Source: an uncultured Desulfobacter sp. (GTDB taxonomy: Bacteria; Desulfobacterota; Desulfobacteria; Desulfobacterales; Desulfobacteraceae). Taken from it: DNA of 64,000 bases. The translations under genes were made by a program, and so were the position numbers. Location: NCBI GenBank assembly GCA_963665095.1, contig OY762069.1, positions 2,240,001-2,304,000 of the forward strand. The letters are read 5' to 3'. Positions 23,101 through 33,162 of the stretch are shown here, piece by piece (the stretch's first letter is position 1; every line of letters begins with the position of its first letter). Below the pieces are notes generated by a model, which was given only the letters and a program-made list of their open reading frames with translations, had not been told where the DNA came from and searched no databases.

Positions 23101-23125
23101 ACCGAGAAATCTCAGCAAAGCGTAA
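20108..23125 (+). CDS. Large conserved hypothetical protein with PHP-like metal-binding domain and C-terminal membrane region
   Basis: DDHVHD, GIE and GSDSSG motifs; several hydrophobic helices near the C-terminus; GAGGAG before ATG 20108. Confidence 0.6.
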   Translation: MRRAINSIFFEKRDSKLIEIVNSVYDEPKSLGYTGKLLYPFFHPLGIKELAETRGLRAAFSIVSLMKSIEHGSITSRLQALAGLKDDLVDTVAGPMPKNTARVLLQIMKDLVRAQGDPDRQIRLAHDFRIAAFGKPRIIRYFLQQYHLLEMPEEWNQITFDDHVHDANTSGRKSPTHLIMDAWIKGIRRLRVIYYHYIEPRCALELIEAARIMEIDLRIGIEFWALHREKYVSFIWVSRGLPNLEAFLSFLAAGPVVDFMEEGKALSRYQGSYLHGLLEKFNRNDRNELCEKFGICMEPLKAEEFLTFITPGQPSLEYLAEFIHTKTVQAIQSRLSQTEQCQDQSQAEAEEVVRLHKTLKNLTVKELLRDYLDSDNFFSRFRDFVRQEGGRAPDRLTIGVVPLLEQIDRLHHDYRITLNLDRLRPEDVLELLYESCGRINRIEIINLKKYNPLDTQTILCVNALQEAINQGSILKLKRIISKIIADVSKQKDNDKNHQLKSLSLILNDIDELKHMFDIRPIELRIGSDSSGKPYQSHGMGFAVIDTLPWKVRRTIEKGNNGRLILPVNAKSLLCTTTVLNRELPGIISWIPGIRTLFADKKQQWLPGPFHMDSVTKGNLLTLGKSTASKNGFTSHAPASVHKTPAVSLKYLDTRIKNACKIIIGFIPAQLCFMMTKDWWLLAYFGALIWFSITGIRNVIQSVLGGGGIKRASLLKWNDYVSWDRLADSLFYTGFSVPLLDYLVKILILEKSFGITMANGPVTLYAVMGLANGIYLSSHNFFRGLPKGAVTGNFFRSILSIPVAVALSAAAGSLLGVFNLVDINGILQKWAAIISKGASDIVAAFIEGTADRTSYIHIRKHNIRKKISDLFDIFSKLVMLFPETKELKILEDSSMLLDNKNSEVRDLATLIIINALDLSYFWMYLPRAQSALVRMVSELTPEERVIFFQSQNMLAHEHHISRLFVDGVLGKNFSRPLSFYLTSYKTYLRSLQKATGMSLPRNLSKA

Positions 23126-23167
23126 ATACGCTTTCGCCAGCCATGCAACACCACCGCCAATATCCAG

Positions 23168-23434
23168 ATGATCGTTTCTGCCACCGAAGAGATGACCGCC
23201 ACCATCCAGGAAATCTCAAACAATGTCAGTCAGGCGGCCCAGGGGCTTGATACGGTCAATAACAGTGCAAACCAGGCGTCAACCGTTGCCCGGGATGTGG
23301 CCACAGAGATCAGCCAGGTCAGCCAGGCAACAGATGATATGGACACAGGCAACCGCCAGGTAATGACCAGTGCTGAAGAACTGTCCGAGCTTGCCGGACA
23401 ACTGAAACACATGGTGGACCGGTTTAAAATTTAA
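23168..23434 (+). pseudogene. Methyl-accepting chemotaxis protein C-terminal fragment
   Basis: ATEEMTATIQEIS...SAEELSELAGQLKHMVDRFKI; no sensor domain or signalling hairpin core. Confidence 0.65.
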
Positions 23435-23544
23435 TCTGGCCTGCAAAAAAATTCTGCGCCCTGCTTTTTGCTTGATAATGGTAACAATTCTGTCATATAA
23501 TCCATGTTCTAGAATTTAATGCTTGTTATTTTAAGGATAAATCC

Positions 23545-23973
23545 ATGGCCAAAATGTTTTACACCGGAAACAGAGAATCAAAGCTTCTTTCCAAGATTGA
23601 ATCTTCAAAGGAGCGGGAGAGAATAAAAACCATCAGCGCCATCCGGGACAACATTGATATGTTCAGTAATAAAGTTTCTATGAAGCTTATAGAAACAGGG
23701 CTTGTTGAAACCGTAAGTAAATCCAGCATTGAGAATCAAATTGTCCGCTGCCTGGATACCCTGTGCCGGGCAGAGGACTTTGATATCGACTATGCGGTTG
23801 CACCGTTCAGAACTCTGGTGTCAAATCCCAATATTGCCAGCCTTTATCTGACCGCGTTCATCGTCGAAACCCTTATTAACCATAAAGATGTAATTGACGT
23901 TTACGGCAGTGATGATGATATTTATTTCTGCATCCAAAAGGAATTAACAGCCCTTATGGAGGGTGACTACTAA
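23545..23973 (+). CDS. Hypothetical protein
   Basis: 142-aa ORF with RBS AAGGA; no recognised motif. Confidence 0.7.
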   Translation: MAKMFYTGNRESKLLSKIESSKERERIKTISAIRDNIDMFSNKVSMKLIETGLVETVSKSSIENQIVRCLDTLCRAEDFDIDYAVAPFRTLVSNPNIASLYLTAFIVETLINHKDVIDVYGSDDDIYFCIQKELTALMEGDY

Positions 23974-24108
23974 TCTGAGCCACTCATTGAAAACCGATAT
24001 TTTTAATTTCCCCTCTTCCTTGAACCGAAGCTTAGACAAAAGATATCTGGTAAACTGATATACGCCAGATATCATCAGGGTGCCGATAGAAATCCACCTC
24101 AAAATTTG

Positions 24109-25083
24109 TTAAATGGCATTTTTAATGTCAACCCGTAAAAACAGGGCGCCGGGCGGACGGCCGGGTATGGATTTTCCCATACCCTTAAGCCGGAGCAGGG
24201 TCCCGTTCCTGATTCCGGGGGGTACCACAACCCTGTAAACAGAACGTTTGAATCCCCAGGGAATGGTAACCAGTTTCTTAGTGCCTGTCAGTGCCTCAAG
24301 GGAAGTCACCTGGATGGTTCCGTACATATCCATGTCAGAATCCCCCGCCACCGGGGTTATGACCTGAAGCCGCGGGCTGTGTTTCTTCCGGGTAAATCTG
24401 TCAATTCTTTCTCTGAGCCCGGTATCAGGCAACTTTTTATTGATACCGATAAGTATCATGCCGGTAAGAAACCCACCCACATGAGCCCACCACGCAATAT
24501 TGGACTCTGAAGACCGTCCTGTGGCATTTATGAACTGCAATAGAAACCAGATGCCTAAAAATACAAAAGCAGGTATCCTGACAAATATCGGAAAAATCAG
24601 AACCGGAATAACGGTTAGTATTTTATTGTTTGGATGCAGCAGAAAATAAGCGCCCATGACCCCGGCAATGGCTCCGGAGGCACCGATGGTGGGTACAGGT
24701 GACGACACATTGAGCAGAAAATGAAACAAAGCCGCCATGATCCCGCAGGCAATATAAAAGACCCCAAACCGGACAGAACCCAACTCCTCTTCTATGTTAT
24801 CCCCGAAAATATAAAAGAACCACATATTGCCCACAAAATGCCAGAATCCACCGTGCAGAAACATATATGTAACAGGTGAAACAAGCTTGTTGAACAAAGA
24901 GAAATAGCTGCCTATCCGGGACACAGTGTATTTTGCAGGGACAAATCCAAACGTATAGACCACCGCCTCATTGTTCAGCCCTTCTGCCAGCTGCCGAAAA
25001 AAAACCAGAGAGGTAATACAAATAATTATATAAGTTGCCACAGGCCTGACAGTGGACACCTGTTCGTCTCTTAAAGGAATCAC
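24109..25083 (-). CDS. Rhomboid intramembrane serine protease with C-terminal DnaJ_C-like domain
   Basis: HFVGNM, GASG and AHVGG motifs; tail VVVPPGIRNGTLLRLKGMG...GALFL. Confidence 0.85.
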   Translation of the reverse strand: MIPLRDEQVSTVRPVATYIIICITSLVFFRQLAEGLNNEAVVYTFGFVPAKYTVSRIGSYFSLFNKLVSPVTYMFLHGGFWHFVGNMWFFYIFGDNIEEELGSVRFGVFYIACGIMAALFHFLLNVSSPVPTIGASGAIAGVMGAYFLLHPNNKILTVIPVLIFPIFVRIPAFVFLGIWFLLQFINATGRSSESNIAWWAHVGGFLTGMILIGINKKLPDTGLRERIDRFTRKKHSPRLQVITPVAGDSDMDMYGTIQVTSLEALTGTKKLVTIPWGFKRSVYRVVVPPGIRNGTLLRLKGMGKSIPGRPPGALFLRVDIKNAI

Positions 25084-25916
25084 GTTGTCACCACCCTGAG
25101 TTGAAACTCTTTTGACAGCCTCTCTTTAAGCATTTTAATCATATCCATGACCCCGTCTTCCGGGGTATATTCCTTTAAAGTCCTGCCGTTGGCCAGCAGT
25201 TTAAACAGATGAGACTTTCTTTCATCCAGACCAAGCCCTGTTAAAATATGGTCAAGAAGGCTGAAATAGATGGCACCGATCTGTATATTTTCACTGCGCG
25301 CAATCAGCGTCTTTCCCCTTAATGTCAGTGCCTGTTCAAGAGCACCAAGCCCATGTGCAACACTTGCAAAGGTTTCCGGAAAAATATATGCATGCCTGAA
25401 CATCTGAGCCGGCTGAAACAGCTGTTCATCATCATCCAGAAAATCAAGATAAAAAACAGCCTGTAAAATGGTTCTGACATCAAAATAGATGTCCGGATCA
25501 TGGCTGGCCCGGGGACCTGCCACATTCAGGACCTGAATGTGATGGCTGACAATAAAATCCTGAATAATCAGAGAGGCTTCAAAAATATCCTGTTCCAGCA
25601 GGTCTATGCGGCACAGAAATTTACCAGCCTGCATGGCAATTTTATGGGTGAGGTGTGATCCGCCGGTCAAGGGGCCGCGGGCAATAATAATGGTGCCGTC
25701 GGCATCTATAATATTTTTTCGCGTTCTGGCCGGATAATCCCGTGATGCCATCTCCACCAGATTATAGCACCCGGGCAGAGGCCCTGATTCCGTTCGCCGT
25801 CCCCTTGTAATCCAGCCGCCATGGGGCATGTTAAATTTAATCGCGGTATCCAGGGCCGCACGATCCGCCCCGGTCTGCCCACCGGATATAATTTTATTTA
25901 CAATGCGCATGGGCAT
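25080..25916 (-). CDS. Putative molybdenum carrier (SLOG/MoCo-carrier family) protein
   Basis: KIISGGQTGADRAALD, RTRKNIIDADGT and LNVAGPRAS motifs. Confidence 0.85.
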   Translation of the reverse strand: MPMRIVNKIISGGQTGADRAALDTAIKFNMPHGGWITRGRRTESGPLPGCYNLVEMASRDYPARTRKNIIDADGTIIIARGPLTGGSHLTHKIAMQAGKFLCRIDLLEQDIFEASLIIQDFIVSHHIQVLNVAGPRASHDPDIYFDVRTILQAVFYLDFLDDDEQLFQPAQMFRHAYIFPETFASVAHGLGALEQALTLRGKTLIARSENIQIGAIYFSLLDHILTGLGLDERKSHLFKLLANGRTLKEYTPEDGVMDMIKMLKERLSKEFQLRVVTT

Positions 25917-26006
25917 TTCCTGTTGAACACATATAATAAATTTAAATGGGGTATCATACCAGCAAACCCAGCGCTAATAAATAAATTGTCCGGAAGAAAA
26001 TAGAAA

Positions 26007-28238
26007 TTATGAAATATTCTTAAAATCTTCAGAAAGAAAAGAACGGCTTAATTCATCAAGACAGGTGCGTATCCGGATAATATCGTCTTTTGCCCTGTGT
26101 GCGGTATAAAGATGCTGTTTTTTTTGTTCCTGCTTAAGAGAAAACAAGGCATCCATATCCTTGTTCAAGGTTTCATACATGGTAAACCGCTGCAGAATTT
26201 TATCTTTAAAGTCCCGGGTCGCCGCATCTATCATGGGAAAGAAATAGTCATTTTTCAAGGAGAGATGCCAGGTTTTGATCTGCCGCCGGATCAACATCAA
26301 TGACTTTTTCTTTATTCCGGCCGCAGCCCTGTCAAGACCTGGAGAAAAGGAAAACCGTGCATGTCTGTCCACCATGGCCGATATAAACATCACCAGGGAG
26401 TGAAGGCTGAAATCCGTCAGTGCATTGGCCCTCATCCCTGATGTATATTCCAGAGAAAAGTCCATGGAGGGAAGGCGCAGTCCGAGGATTTTTTTAATGC
26501 CCTCAAGATCCACGGCTTTTGAGGCCTCTTTCTCCTGTGTAATCATTTCAAGGGAAAACTGTCTCTCTTCTTTATCTGCAGGTGCAGCCATGGTGACATA
26601 ATCAATACGGTATGAATCCAGCAGGGATTTGAAATAGGCTTCTATGCGCCCTTCCTGGGTACTCACCAGCCGCTTGAGCTCCGGTGTGATCTGTTCAAGG
26701 ATAAACAGATCATAATCCCGCTTAAAATCCTGAAACATCAGATAAATAATATGTTTGAGACCCGTCTGGGACACCCCTGCTTTGTAGGGCTGGTAATCAA
26801 TCTTTGCCTGCCTGACAAACCGGGTGACAAGCTTGTTGATATTTTCGCTGTCCTTGAGGAATACATTTTTAAGATTCAACTCAATTTCCCGGCGCAATGC
26901 GGAAACAGCGCCTTTAACAGAATTGTCAACAATCACGCGCAATCGCCTGGCATTATCCTCAAGATCTGTCAGGCGCGTTCTGGCCTTATCCTGATCCAGA
27001 AGACTTTTTGACAAAACGTCAATGAGAAGGTCTGTTTTATTTTCAACATCCCTGGAGACAATTTTAAGCCGCTGAACAGGATTGGCAAAGGACAGTTGAA
27101 ACCTGGCATCTTTAAAAAGGCGGTTGTATGCCATGAAAAACCGTTCATATTCCTTTGTGCAGTATGCTGCCATTTCCCCGTCCTCCTGCCAGAGCGCAAG
27201 CCGCTTTCTGTTTTTGGCAGACAGTTTTGATTCCAATGCATCAAAAAGCACATAAAGGGCGGAAAACGAAAACACCAGCGGGGCCTCAGTTAAAAGGCAT
27301 AAGTCCTGGCAGGTTTTCTCGCGGGTGATGTTAAGACCTGTCAGGTTATCATGCTCGCTTAAATCGCAGTTGTAGATAAAAAGGATGTTTTCCATCAGTC
27401 CCAGGCGTTTGATCTGTTTTAAAAACGCCATATCAGCCTGTCGAAGGCCTGTGCGCGAAGATATGCAGTAGATAATCAAATGGGCGGATTCAAGATAGGA
27501 AAGAATCTTTGCCATGACCGCAGGATCCGTGGAATCAGCCCCCTGGCAATCGGCCATCTCCATATCCGGGCCAATGGTTTTCCCATACACCTCAAGGCAG
27601 ATATCCCGGATATAAAAGGCTTTAGCCGGATCAGCCGTGAACTCCTTGTGATTCTCAAATGCCTTCCCGTCAAAATGGATGGTGTGTTCATCCGATGCCA
27701 CAAGGTCTGCGCACCGGTCATACCCTTCCAGTGCATTTCTGATTAAAAGGGTCTGCGGCCGCACGCCTTTGGATGTAACAGGAAAGCTGTTTGAAAAGGT
27801 ATTGTATATGCTTTTCAGGGTGCTGCGGTCCTTGCTGCGCCTGATATCAAACTGCTGGTCTGCCGGCTTTTCCGGATGCAGGGCAAGACAGCTTCGGATC
27901 TCTTTGTTTATGTCATCCCAGGACTTCAGGTGGACAATCGCCCTGTTTTTTTTCCCCTTCCGGATGCGGGTGGTAATGGAAGTGACAACCCCGGCCCCGC
28001 GCTGAACCAGCTCTTTTCCAGTCAGCGCATTGATAAAGGTGCTTTTCCCTGATTTAATCGCCCCGACTACGGCGACACGTAAAAGGCTTGAATTGATCTG
28101 ATCCGGCACATGACTGCAAATCTGTTTTAAATCATCCAGACTGCTGCCGGCATCTGTTGAAACCGCAGACAGGGTGTCAATAACCGAAATGGTATCAGAA
28201 ACTATATGTTGAATGGAGTCATGGGCGTGTGATGTCAT
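26007..28238 (-). CDS. Dynamin-like GTPase
   Basis: VVGAIKSGKSTFINAL, T in GAGVVTS, DCQG (DxxG); long helical C-terminus. Confidence 0.8.
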   Translation of the reverse strand: MTSHAHDSIQHIVSDTISVIDTLSAVSTDAGSSLDDLKQICSHVPDQINSSLLRVAVVGAIKSGKSTFINALTGKELVQRGAGVVTSITTRIRKGKKNRAIVHLKSWDDINKEIRSCLALHPEKPADQQFDIRRSKDRSTLKSIYNTFSNSFPVTSKGVRPQTLLIRNALEGYDRCADLVASDEHTIHFDGKAFENHKEFTADPAKAFYIRDICLEVYGKTIGPDMEMADCQGADSTDPAVMAKILSYLESAHLIIYCISSRTGLRQADMAFLKQIKRLGLMENILFIYNCDLSEHDNLTGLNITREKTCQDLCLLTEAPLVFSFSALYVLFDALESKLSAKNRKRLALWQEDGEMAAYCTKEYERFFMAYNRLFKDARFQLSFANPVQRLKIVSRDVENKTDLLIDVLSKSLLDQDKARTRLTDLEDNARRLRVIVDNSVKGAVSALRREIELNLKNVFLKDSENINKLVTRFVRQAKIDYQPYKAGVSQTGLKHIIYLMFQDFKRDYDLFILEQITPELKRLVSTQEGRIEAYFKSLLDSYRIDYVTMAAPADKEERQFSLEMITQEKEASKAVDLEGIKKILGLRLPSMDFSLEYTSGMRANALTDFSLHSLVMFISAMVDRHARFSFSPGLDRAAAGIKKKSLMLIRRQIKTWHLSLKNDYFFPMIDAATRDFKDKILQRFTMYETLNKDMDALFSLKQEQKKQHLYTAHRAKDDIIRIRTCLDELSRSFLSEDFKNIS

Positions 28239-28249
28239 GGGCCGGCAAA

Positions 28250-28777
28250 TCAGATCAGCATCATGGCTTTTTCATATTTCAGTTCCGGGCTGGTATTAAA
28301 CAGGATGTCTTTTGACAGATCACAGGTCAGCCAGGCAGAATCCGCAAGTTCATTGTCCAGCTGCATGGGACCCCAGCCGGCACACCCCAGAATGACCATA
28401 AAGGTATCAGGTCCTTTGCCCACGGCAATGGCTTCCAGTATATCGCGGGAATTGCTCAATGCCAGCCAGTTGTCTATTTTAAGGGTTTCATTCCATTCAA
28501 ACGGCCCACTGTGAAGAACAAACACACCGGATGGCTGAACCGGCCCGCCCAAAAATATATCCATCTTGTCAACAGTATCATCACAGGCAATACCAAGGTC
28601 GTCAAACAGCTCACGTCCGGTGAGCAAGGGATGAACTTTATTGACAATAAATCCAAGGGCGCCTGATTCATTATGCTCGCAAAGACAGGTCAGGGTCTGG
28701 GCAAAATTGGGATCCGGCAGGCCTGGCATGGCCATAAGAAATTTTCCTTTCAGGTTCTGTGAAATCTGGTCGCTCAT
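28250..28777 (-). CDS. YqgE/AlgH family protein
   Basis: DPNFAQT, GGPVQ and GCAGWGPMQLDNEL motifs. Confidence 0.9.
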   Translation of the reverse strand: MSDQISQNLKGKFLMAMPGLPDPNFAQTLTCLCEHNESGALGFIVNKVHPLLTGRELFDDLGIACDDTVDKMDIFLGGPVQPSGVFVLHSGPFEWNETLKIDNWLALSNSRDILEAIAVGKGPDTFMVILGCAGWGPMQLDNELADSAWLTCDLSKDILFNTSPELKYEKAMMLI

Positions 28778-28866
28778 CTGTCCCTGCCCATCTTGAAGTT
28801 TACATCCTCTCTTTCCAAATTAAGGAAGTAGTTTTAAATATTTTCACTTGATTTGCAATATATTAT

Positions 28867-30327
28867 TTACTTATTACGTCCATAGACATCGTCAAACCTG
28901 ACAATATCATCCTCACCCAGGTAGGGACCGGACTGCACCTCAATCAGTTCCAGAGGAATCTTGCCCGGATTTTCCAGCCGGTGCAGGGTGCCCAAAGGGA
29001 TATAGACAGACTGGTCTTCCTTGAGCAGAATCTCTTCTTCACCCTTGGTGACAATGGCGGATCCCGATACCACGGTCCAGTGCTCGGCCCTGTGGTAATG
29101 CTTCTGCAAAGAGAGTTTGGCACCGGGTTTGACGGTAATGCGTTTGACCTGGTACCTGTCCGCCATATCAATGGTTTCATAATCTCCCCAGGGCCGGTAA
29201 ACCTTGGCATGGGTCTTTGCCTCTTCACGATCGCCGGCTTTCAGCTGTCCCACAATCTTTTTCACATCCTGGACCTGGTTCCTGGGCGCCACCAGCACGG
29301 CATCCTTGGTGTCCACAATAACAAACTTGTCAAGCCCGACAGCTGCCACAAGACGCCCGTCGGAATGAATATAGGTGTCCGTGACATTGTGCACCAGCAC
29401 ATCCCCGCTGGTGACATTGTTCTGCGCATCCTTATCCCCGGTCTGCCACAGGGCATCAAAGGAGCCAAGGTCATTCCACCCGGCATCCAGCGTAATAACC
29501 ACCCCTTTATCTGTTTTTTCCATCACTGCATAGTCAATGGAATCCTCGGCAATGGCCTCAAAAGCGCCTTTGTCCACCCTGAAAAAATCAAGGTCCTTTG
29601 CGCCTTTTTCAATGGCTTTTCGGCACTTTTCCATCATATCAGGGTTAAATTTTTCAAGCTCGGCACTGAACGTACCGGCCTGAAACATGAACATTCCGGA
29701 GTTCCAGCAGAATTCGCCGGATTCAAGATAGCGGACGGCTGTATCATAATCAGGTTTTTCAACAAACCGGTCTATCATGAAAGCCGGATCCGCACAGTCA
29801 AGGGCCTCACCTTTTTTAATATACCCGTACCCTGTTTCCGGGGTTGAGGGCACAATGCCGAAGGTGACCAGTTTTCCTTCAGCTGCCAGCCTTGCTCCGG
29901 CAGTGATAATTTTCTGGAACTCCCGGGCATTTTTGATTTCATGATCTGCCGGCAATACCAGCATGACCGGGTCTTCGCCCTCTTGAGAGGCAACCGGTTC
30001 TGCCGCGCTTTCTGCCTTTATTTTGTCTGTGATGGACAGGGCAGCCAGGGCAATGGCCGGCGCAGTATTCCGGGCCGCAGGTTCAAGGATGATCTCAAAG
30101 CGCTCACTACCGATTTTACGAATTTGTTCGGCAGTCATAAACCGGTGATTTTCGTTGCAGATAATAACCGGGTCAGCCAGGCCGTCCAAACCGGACAGGC
30201 GCAAAAGCGTGTTCTGCAGCATGGTATGTTCATTGTAAAGATTAATGAGCTGTTTGGGATAAAGGGCCCTTGACATGGGCCACAACCGGGTACCGGAACC
30301 ACCGGCCAGAATCACAGGTACAATCAT
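28867..30327 (-). CDS. manC: Mannose-1-phosphate guanylyltransferase / mannose-6-phosphate isomerase
   Basis: PVILAGGSGTRLWPMSR, FVEKP, RPWG and cupin HYHRAEHW. Confidence 0.95.
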   Translation of the reverse strand: MIVPVILAGGSGTRLWPMSRALYPKQLINLYNEHTMLQNTLLRLSGLDGLADPVIICNENHRFMTAEQIRKIGSERFEIILEPAARNTAPAIALAALSITDKIKAESAAEPVASQEGEDPVMLVLPADHEIKNAREFQKIITAGARLAAEGKLVTFGIVPSTPETGYGYIKKGEALDCADPAFMIDRFVEKPDYDTAVRYLESGEFCWNSGMFMFQAGTFSAELEKFNPDMMEKCRKAIEKGAKDLDFFRVDKGAFEAIAEDSIDYAVMEKTDKGVVITLDAGWNDLGSFDALWQTGDKDAQNNVTSGDVLVHNVTDTYIHSDGRLVAAVGLDKFVIVDTKDAVLVAPRNQVQDVKKIVGQLKAGDREEAKTHAKVYRPWGDYETIDMADRYQVKRITVKPGAKLSLQKHYHRAEHWTVVSGSAIVTKGEEEILLKEDQSVYIPLGTLHRLENPGKIPLELIEVQSGPYLGEDDIVRFDDVYGRNK

Positions 30328-30337
30328 TGTTTCTCCT

Positions 30338-31249
30338 TTATTTCTGCGCAAGATAGAGCGTCAGTGTCAGATCTTTTTCCAGAGGAAATAATTTAAACTG
30401 CTTCAGTGTAAAGCCACTGCGGGCAAGCCAGCCGGACACCTGCTGTTCTGTAAACCCCAGCCACACCCCGCCGATAATATCCTTGACCTGTTCCTGATCA
30501 TGTTTCAAAAAATCCGCCAGAATAAAAAAACCGCCCGGCGTCAAAACCCTGTAAACTTCACTGATGGCTTTTTCCGGTTCAGGCACATGGTACAGGACCA
30601 TGCTCATTAACGCGGCATCAGCCTCCTTTTCCCGCATGGGAAGATTTTCAAGCTCGCCAATGCGAAGCTCAAGGCCCTCTCTTTCAGGCAGCCGGAGCCT
30701 GGCCTGTTCCAGCATCTCAGGAGAAGCATCCACACCGATCAGGGTGGTGTTTTTCCTTTTTAAAAGCCCTGCCAGCATTTCACCGGTGCCGCAGCCGAGA
30801 TCCGCAATGATCTTTGCCCTTTTCAGGTATTTTTCAAATATCGGATTGGGATTAAATTCTCCCAAAACAGTTTTCTTTAACCGGTCCCAGCGCGGCGCAG
30901 CAGATCTGAAAAACCGCCTGGACTTGTTTTTCCTTAAGGCAATGCACTGCTCCGTGCGGACAAGGTCTTCCAGAAGTGCCGGCTCATCCTTAAGTGCCTG
31001 GCAGGCAAGGGTGATCAGCGCCTGGTTCGGACCAGCCTTATCTGTGGAATAGTATATAAAGCTGCCATCTTTTCTGGATACCAGAAGCCCGGCCTCCAAA
31101 AGAATTTTTAAATGGCGCGATACCCCGGACTGCACCATGTTTACCACGGATACAATTTCATTCACATTGAGTTCAAAATGCTCCAGAATAAATAAAAGCC
31201 GCAACCGGGTAGGATCAGACAGCGCCTTGAACTGTTTAATAATTTTCAT
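30338..31249 (-). CDS. ArsR HTH + SAM-methyltransferase-fold regulator (SahR-like)
   Basis: FKALSDPTRLRLL...SRHLKIL; DLGCGTG. Confidence 0.85.
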   Translation of the reverse strand: MKIIKQFKALSDPTRLRLLFILEHFELNVNEIVSVVNMVQSGVSRHLKILLEAGLLVSRKDGSFIYYSTDKAGPNQALITLACQALKDEPALLEDLVRTEQCIALRKNKSRRFFRSAAPRWDRLKKTVLGEFNPNPIFEKYLKRAKIIADLGCGTGEMLAGLLKRKNTTLIGVDASPEMLEQARLRLPEREGLELRIGELENLPMREKEADAALMSMVLYHVPEPEKAISEVYRVLTPGGFFILADFLKHDQEQVKDIIGGVWLGFTEQQVSGWLARSGFTLKQFKLFPLEKDLTLTLYLAQK

Positions 31250-31278
31250 TTAAAAAAATGTAAGCCCAGCGTCAAAAA

Positions 31279-31956
31279 TTAAATATCCAGCTCATCTCCA
31301 AATGCCATGGCGTTACACCCCATACCCTGGGCCGTAATTTTGGCACAGAAATCCCGGGGATCAGCCTGAATCACCTCAAAGGTGTTGTAATGCATGGGAA
31401 TGGCCTGGACAGGATTTACAAAGGTGCATGCCATGACCGCATCATCAATGCCCATGGTGAAATTATCTCCAATGGGCACCATCATGGTGTGCACGTCATT
31501 GAGCTGCCCGATCAGCTTCATATCGGAAAAAAGGCCGGTATCACCGGTATGATACAGCGTAATACCGTTGATGGTAATTAGAAAACCTGTGGGCGTACCG
31601 TGGCATTCATTGTCCGGCGTGACAGATCCGTGCAGCGCCTGGGTCAGTTTGACCCGGCCGAAGTTAAAATCAAATCCACCGCCGATATGCATGTTGTGCA
31701 CCCGCAGCCCTTTGCCACCCAGGTAAGAGGCCAGTTCATTTTCACAGATGCAAAGGGAGTTACACCTTTGGGCAATGCTCAAGGTGTCTCCGATATGGTC
31801 GCCGTGCCCGTGGGAAATAAGGATATAGTCGGCATCCACGTCCAGGGCTTTTACCGGTGAGGTAGGGTTGTTGTCCAGAAAAGGATCAATAAGAATTTTA
31901 GTTCCGTCGTCACAGGTGATCTGAAACGCTGAATGGGAAAAATATCTTAATTTCAT
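31279..31956 (-). CDS. Metallo-beta-lactamase-fold metal-dependent hydrolase (UPF0173)
   Basis: SHGHGDH, HTGDT and PMHYNTF motifs. Confidence 0.9.
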   Translation of the reverse strand: MKLRYFSHSAFQITCDDGTKILIDPFLDNNPTSPVKALDVDADYILISHGHGDHIGDTLSIAQRCNSLCICENELASYLGGKGLRVHNMHIGGGFDFNFGRVKLTQALHGSVTPDNECHGTPTGFLITINGITLYHTGDTGLFSDMKLIGQLNDVHTMMVPIGDNFTMGIDDAVMACTFVNPVQAIPMHYNTFEVIQADPRDFCAKITAQGMGCNAMAFGDELDI

Positions 31957-32060
31957 GAATAAAGCCCTCCTTTTTCAAAATTATGTTTTGTTTTATCATA
32001 TCAGCTTCAAATCTCAAGCAGGATACAAAATATCTCATTTAAATTTTATACGCCCCGGAA

Positions 32061-32089
32061 TAAAAAAGCGCCGTAACGGCGCTTTTTTA
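32061..32089. terminator. Rho-independent terminator (bidirectional form)
   Basis: AAAAAAGCGCCG-TAA-CGGCGCTTTTTT. Confidence 0.85.
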
Positions 32090-32129
32090 AATGCTGTTTG
32101 ATTATATAAAACCTTTATGAACCCCGTCC

Positions 32130-32522
32130 CTATCTAAGAGAAACAACCGGGCAGCCCGCCTCCAGAATAACCACCTGGGCCGTAGACCCGAACAATAATT
32201 TGCCCACTTTTGAACGACTTTTGACACCAATGATAATTTCATCCACCTCTTGCTCACCTGCAAAGGCAACTAAATCTTCCCCGGCATCCATACCGCGAAT
32301 CAGAAGATGCTTTTCACACGGGACCCCCTGGTCTTTGAAAAAGGTTTCAGCCATATCAAGATTTTGTTCCGCTTCCAGAATCTTTTTCTGCTCTTTTTCA
32401 GTCCCCTCAAACATTGAAGTAACTAACAGTACTGTGCCATCAAACGCCTTGGCATGTTCAACCCCAAGATCCAGCAGATCCTTGCCGATATTAATTCCTC
32501 TGTATCCAATGAGAATCTTCAT
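32130..32522 (-). CDS. Universal stress protein
   Basis: IIIGVKSRSKVGKLLFGSTAQVVILEAGCPVVSL. Confidence 0.9.
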   Translation of the reverse strand: MKILIGYRGINIGKDLLDLGVEHAKAFDGTVLLVTSMFEGTEKEQKKILEAEQNLDMAETFFKDQGVPCEKHLLIRGMDAGEDLVAFAGEQEVDEIIIGVKSRSKVGKLLFGSTAQVVILEAGCPVVSLR

Positions 32523-32716
32523 GTATCCCCTCCCCTTTTTTGCGCCTCTTTTTTAAGAAAGCGTCTATCAGACTGCCGGGTTTGTGTTCTCTTTATTCCG
32601 GACCGGCTCCAGGAAACGAAAATTTAAGCCGGCCGGCTGCTGTCCAGTTAGTGAATAACCATCTACGTGATCACTTAAAAATAATGAATCAGCCGGTGTT
32701 TAACAAGCTAAAAATA

Positions 32717-32992
32717 TCAATCTTTCCGGATAAACATGCCAATAATCAGCAGGACAACGCCAAAGCCCATAAGTACCCATGCCAAATGCCATTCATAGAA
32801 AAAGGCATACAATATATTATAGACCGTATCGTTTTCCACCCAGCCCAGAACTTTCTGGGCAACACCCTCGAAAAAAGTGGAAAGCGTCATACCCACAAGA
32901 ACAGTGGCGGCGCCCATGAAATTGGCAAGGAATGCAAAAAATCCCAGCACCACTCCGGCAAGAACTGAAGCAATACCCAGTTTTGTAGTCAT
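32717..32992 (-). CDS. Small membrane protein
   Basis: 91 aa with 2-3 hydrophobic helices. Confidence 0.6.
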   Translation of the reverse strand: MTTKLGIASVLAGVVLGFFAFLANFMGAATVLVGMTLSTFFEGVAQKVLGWVENDTVYNILYAFFYEWHLAWVLMGFGVVLLIIGMFIRKD

Positions 32993-33162
32993 AATTTTTC
33001 CCGGATAATTGGTTAATAAAAATTTGATTGGAAGTGTTACTCGAATACCGCTGTTTTAATTTTCCGATTCATTGTATATGCAGGGTGAGTTGTCAGTCAA
33101 ACTTTTTCCTGCCTCTTTTATTTGAAGATTCGTTATGGTAAAGCTTGCAACGGATTTAAATT

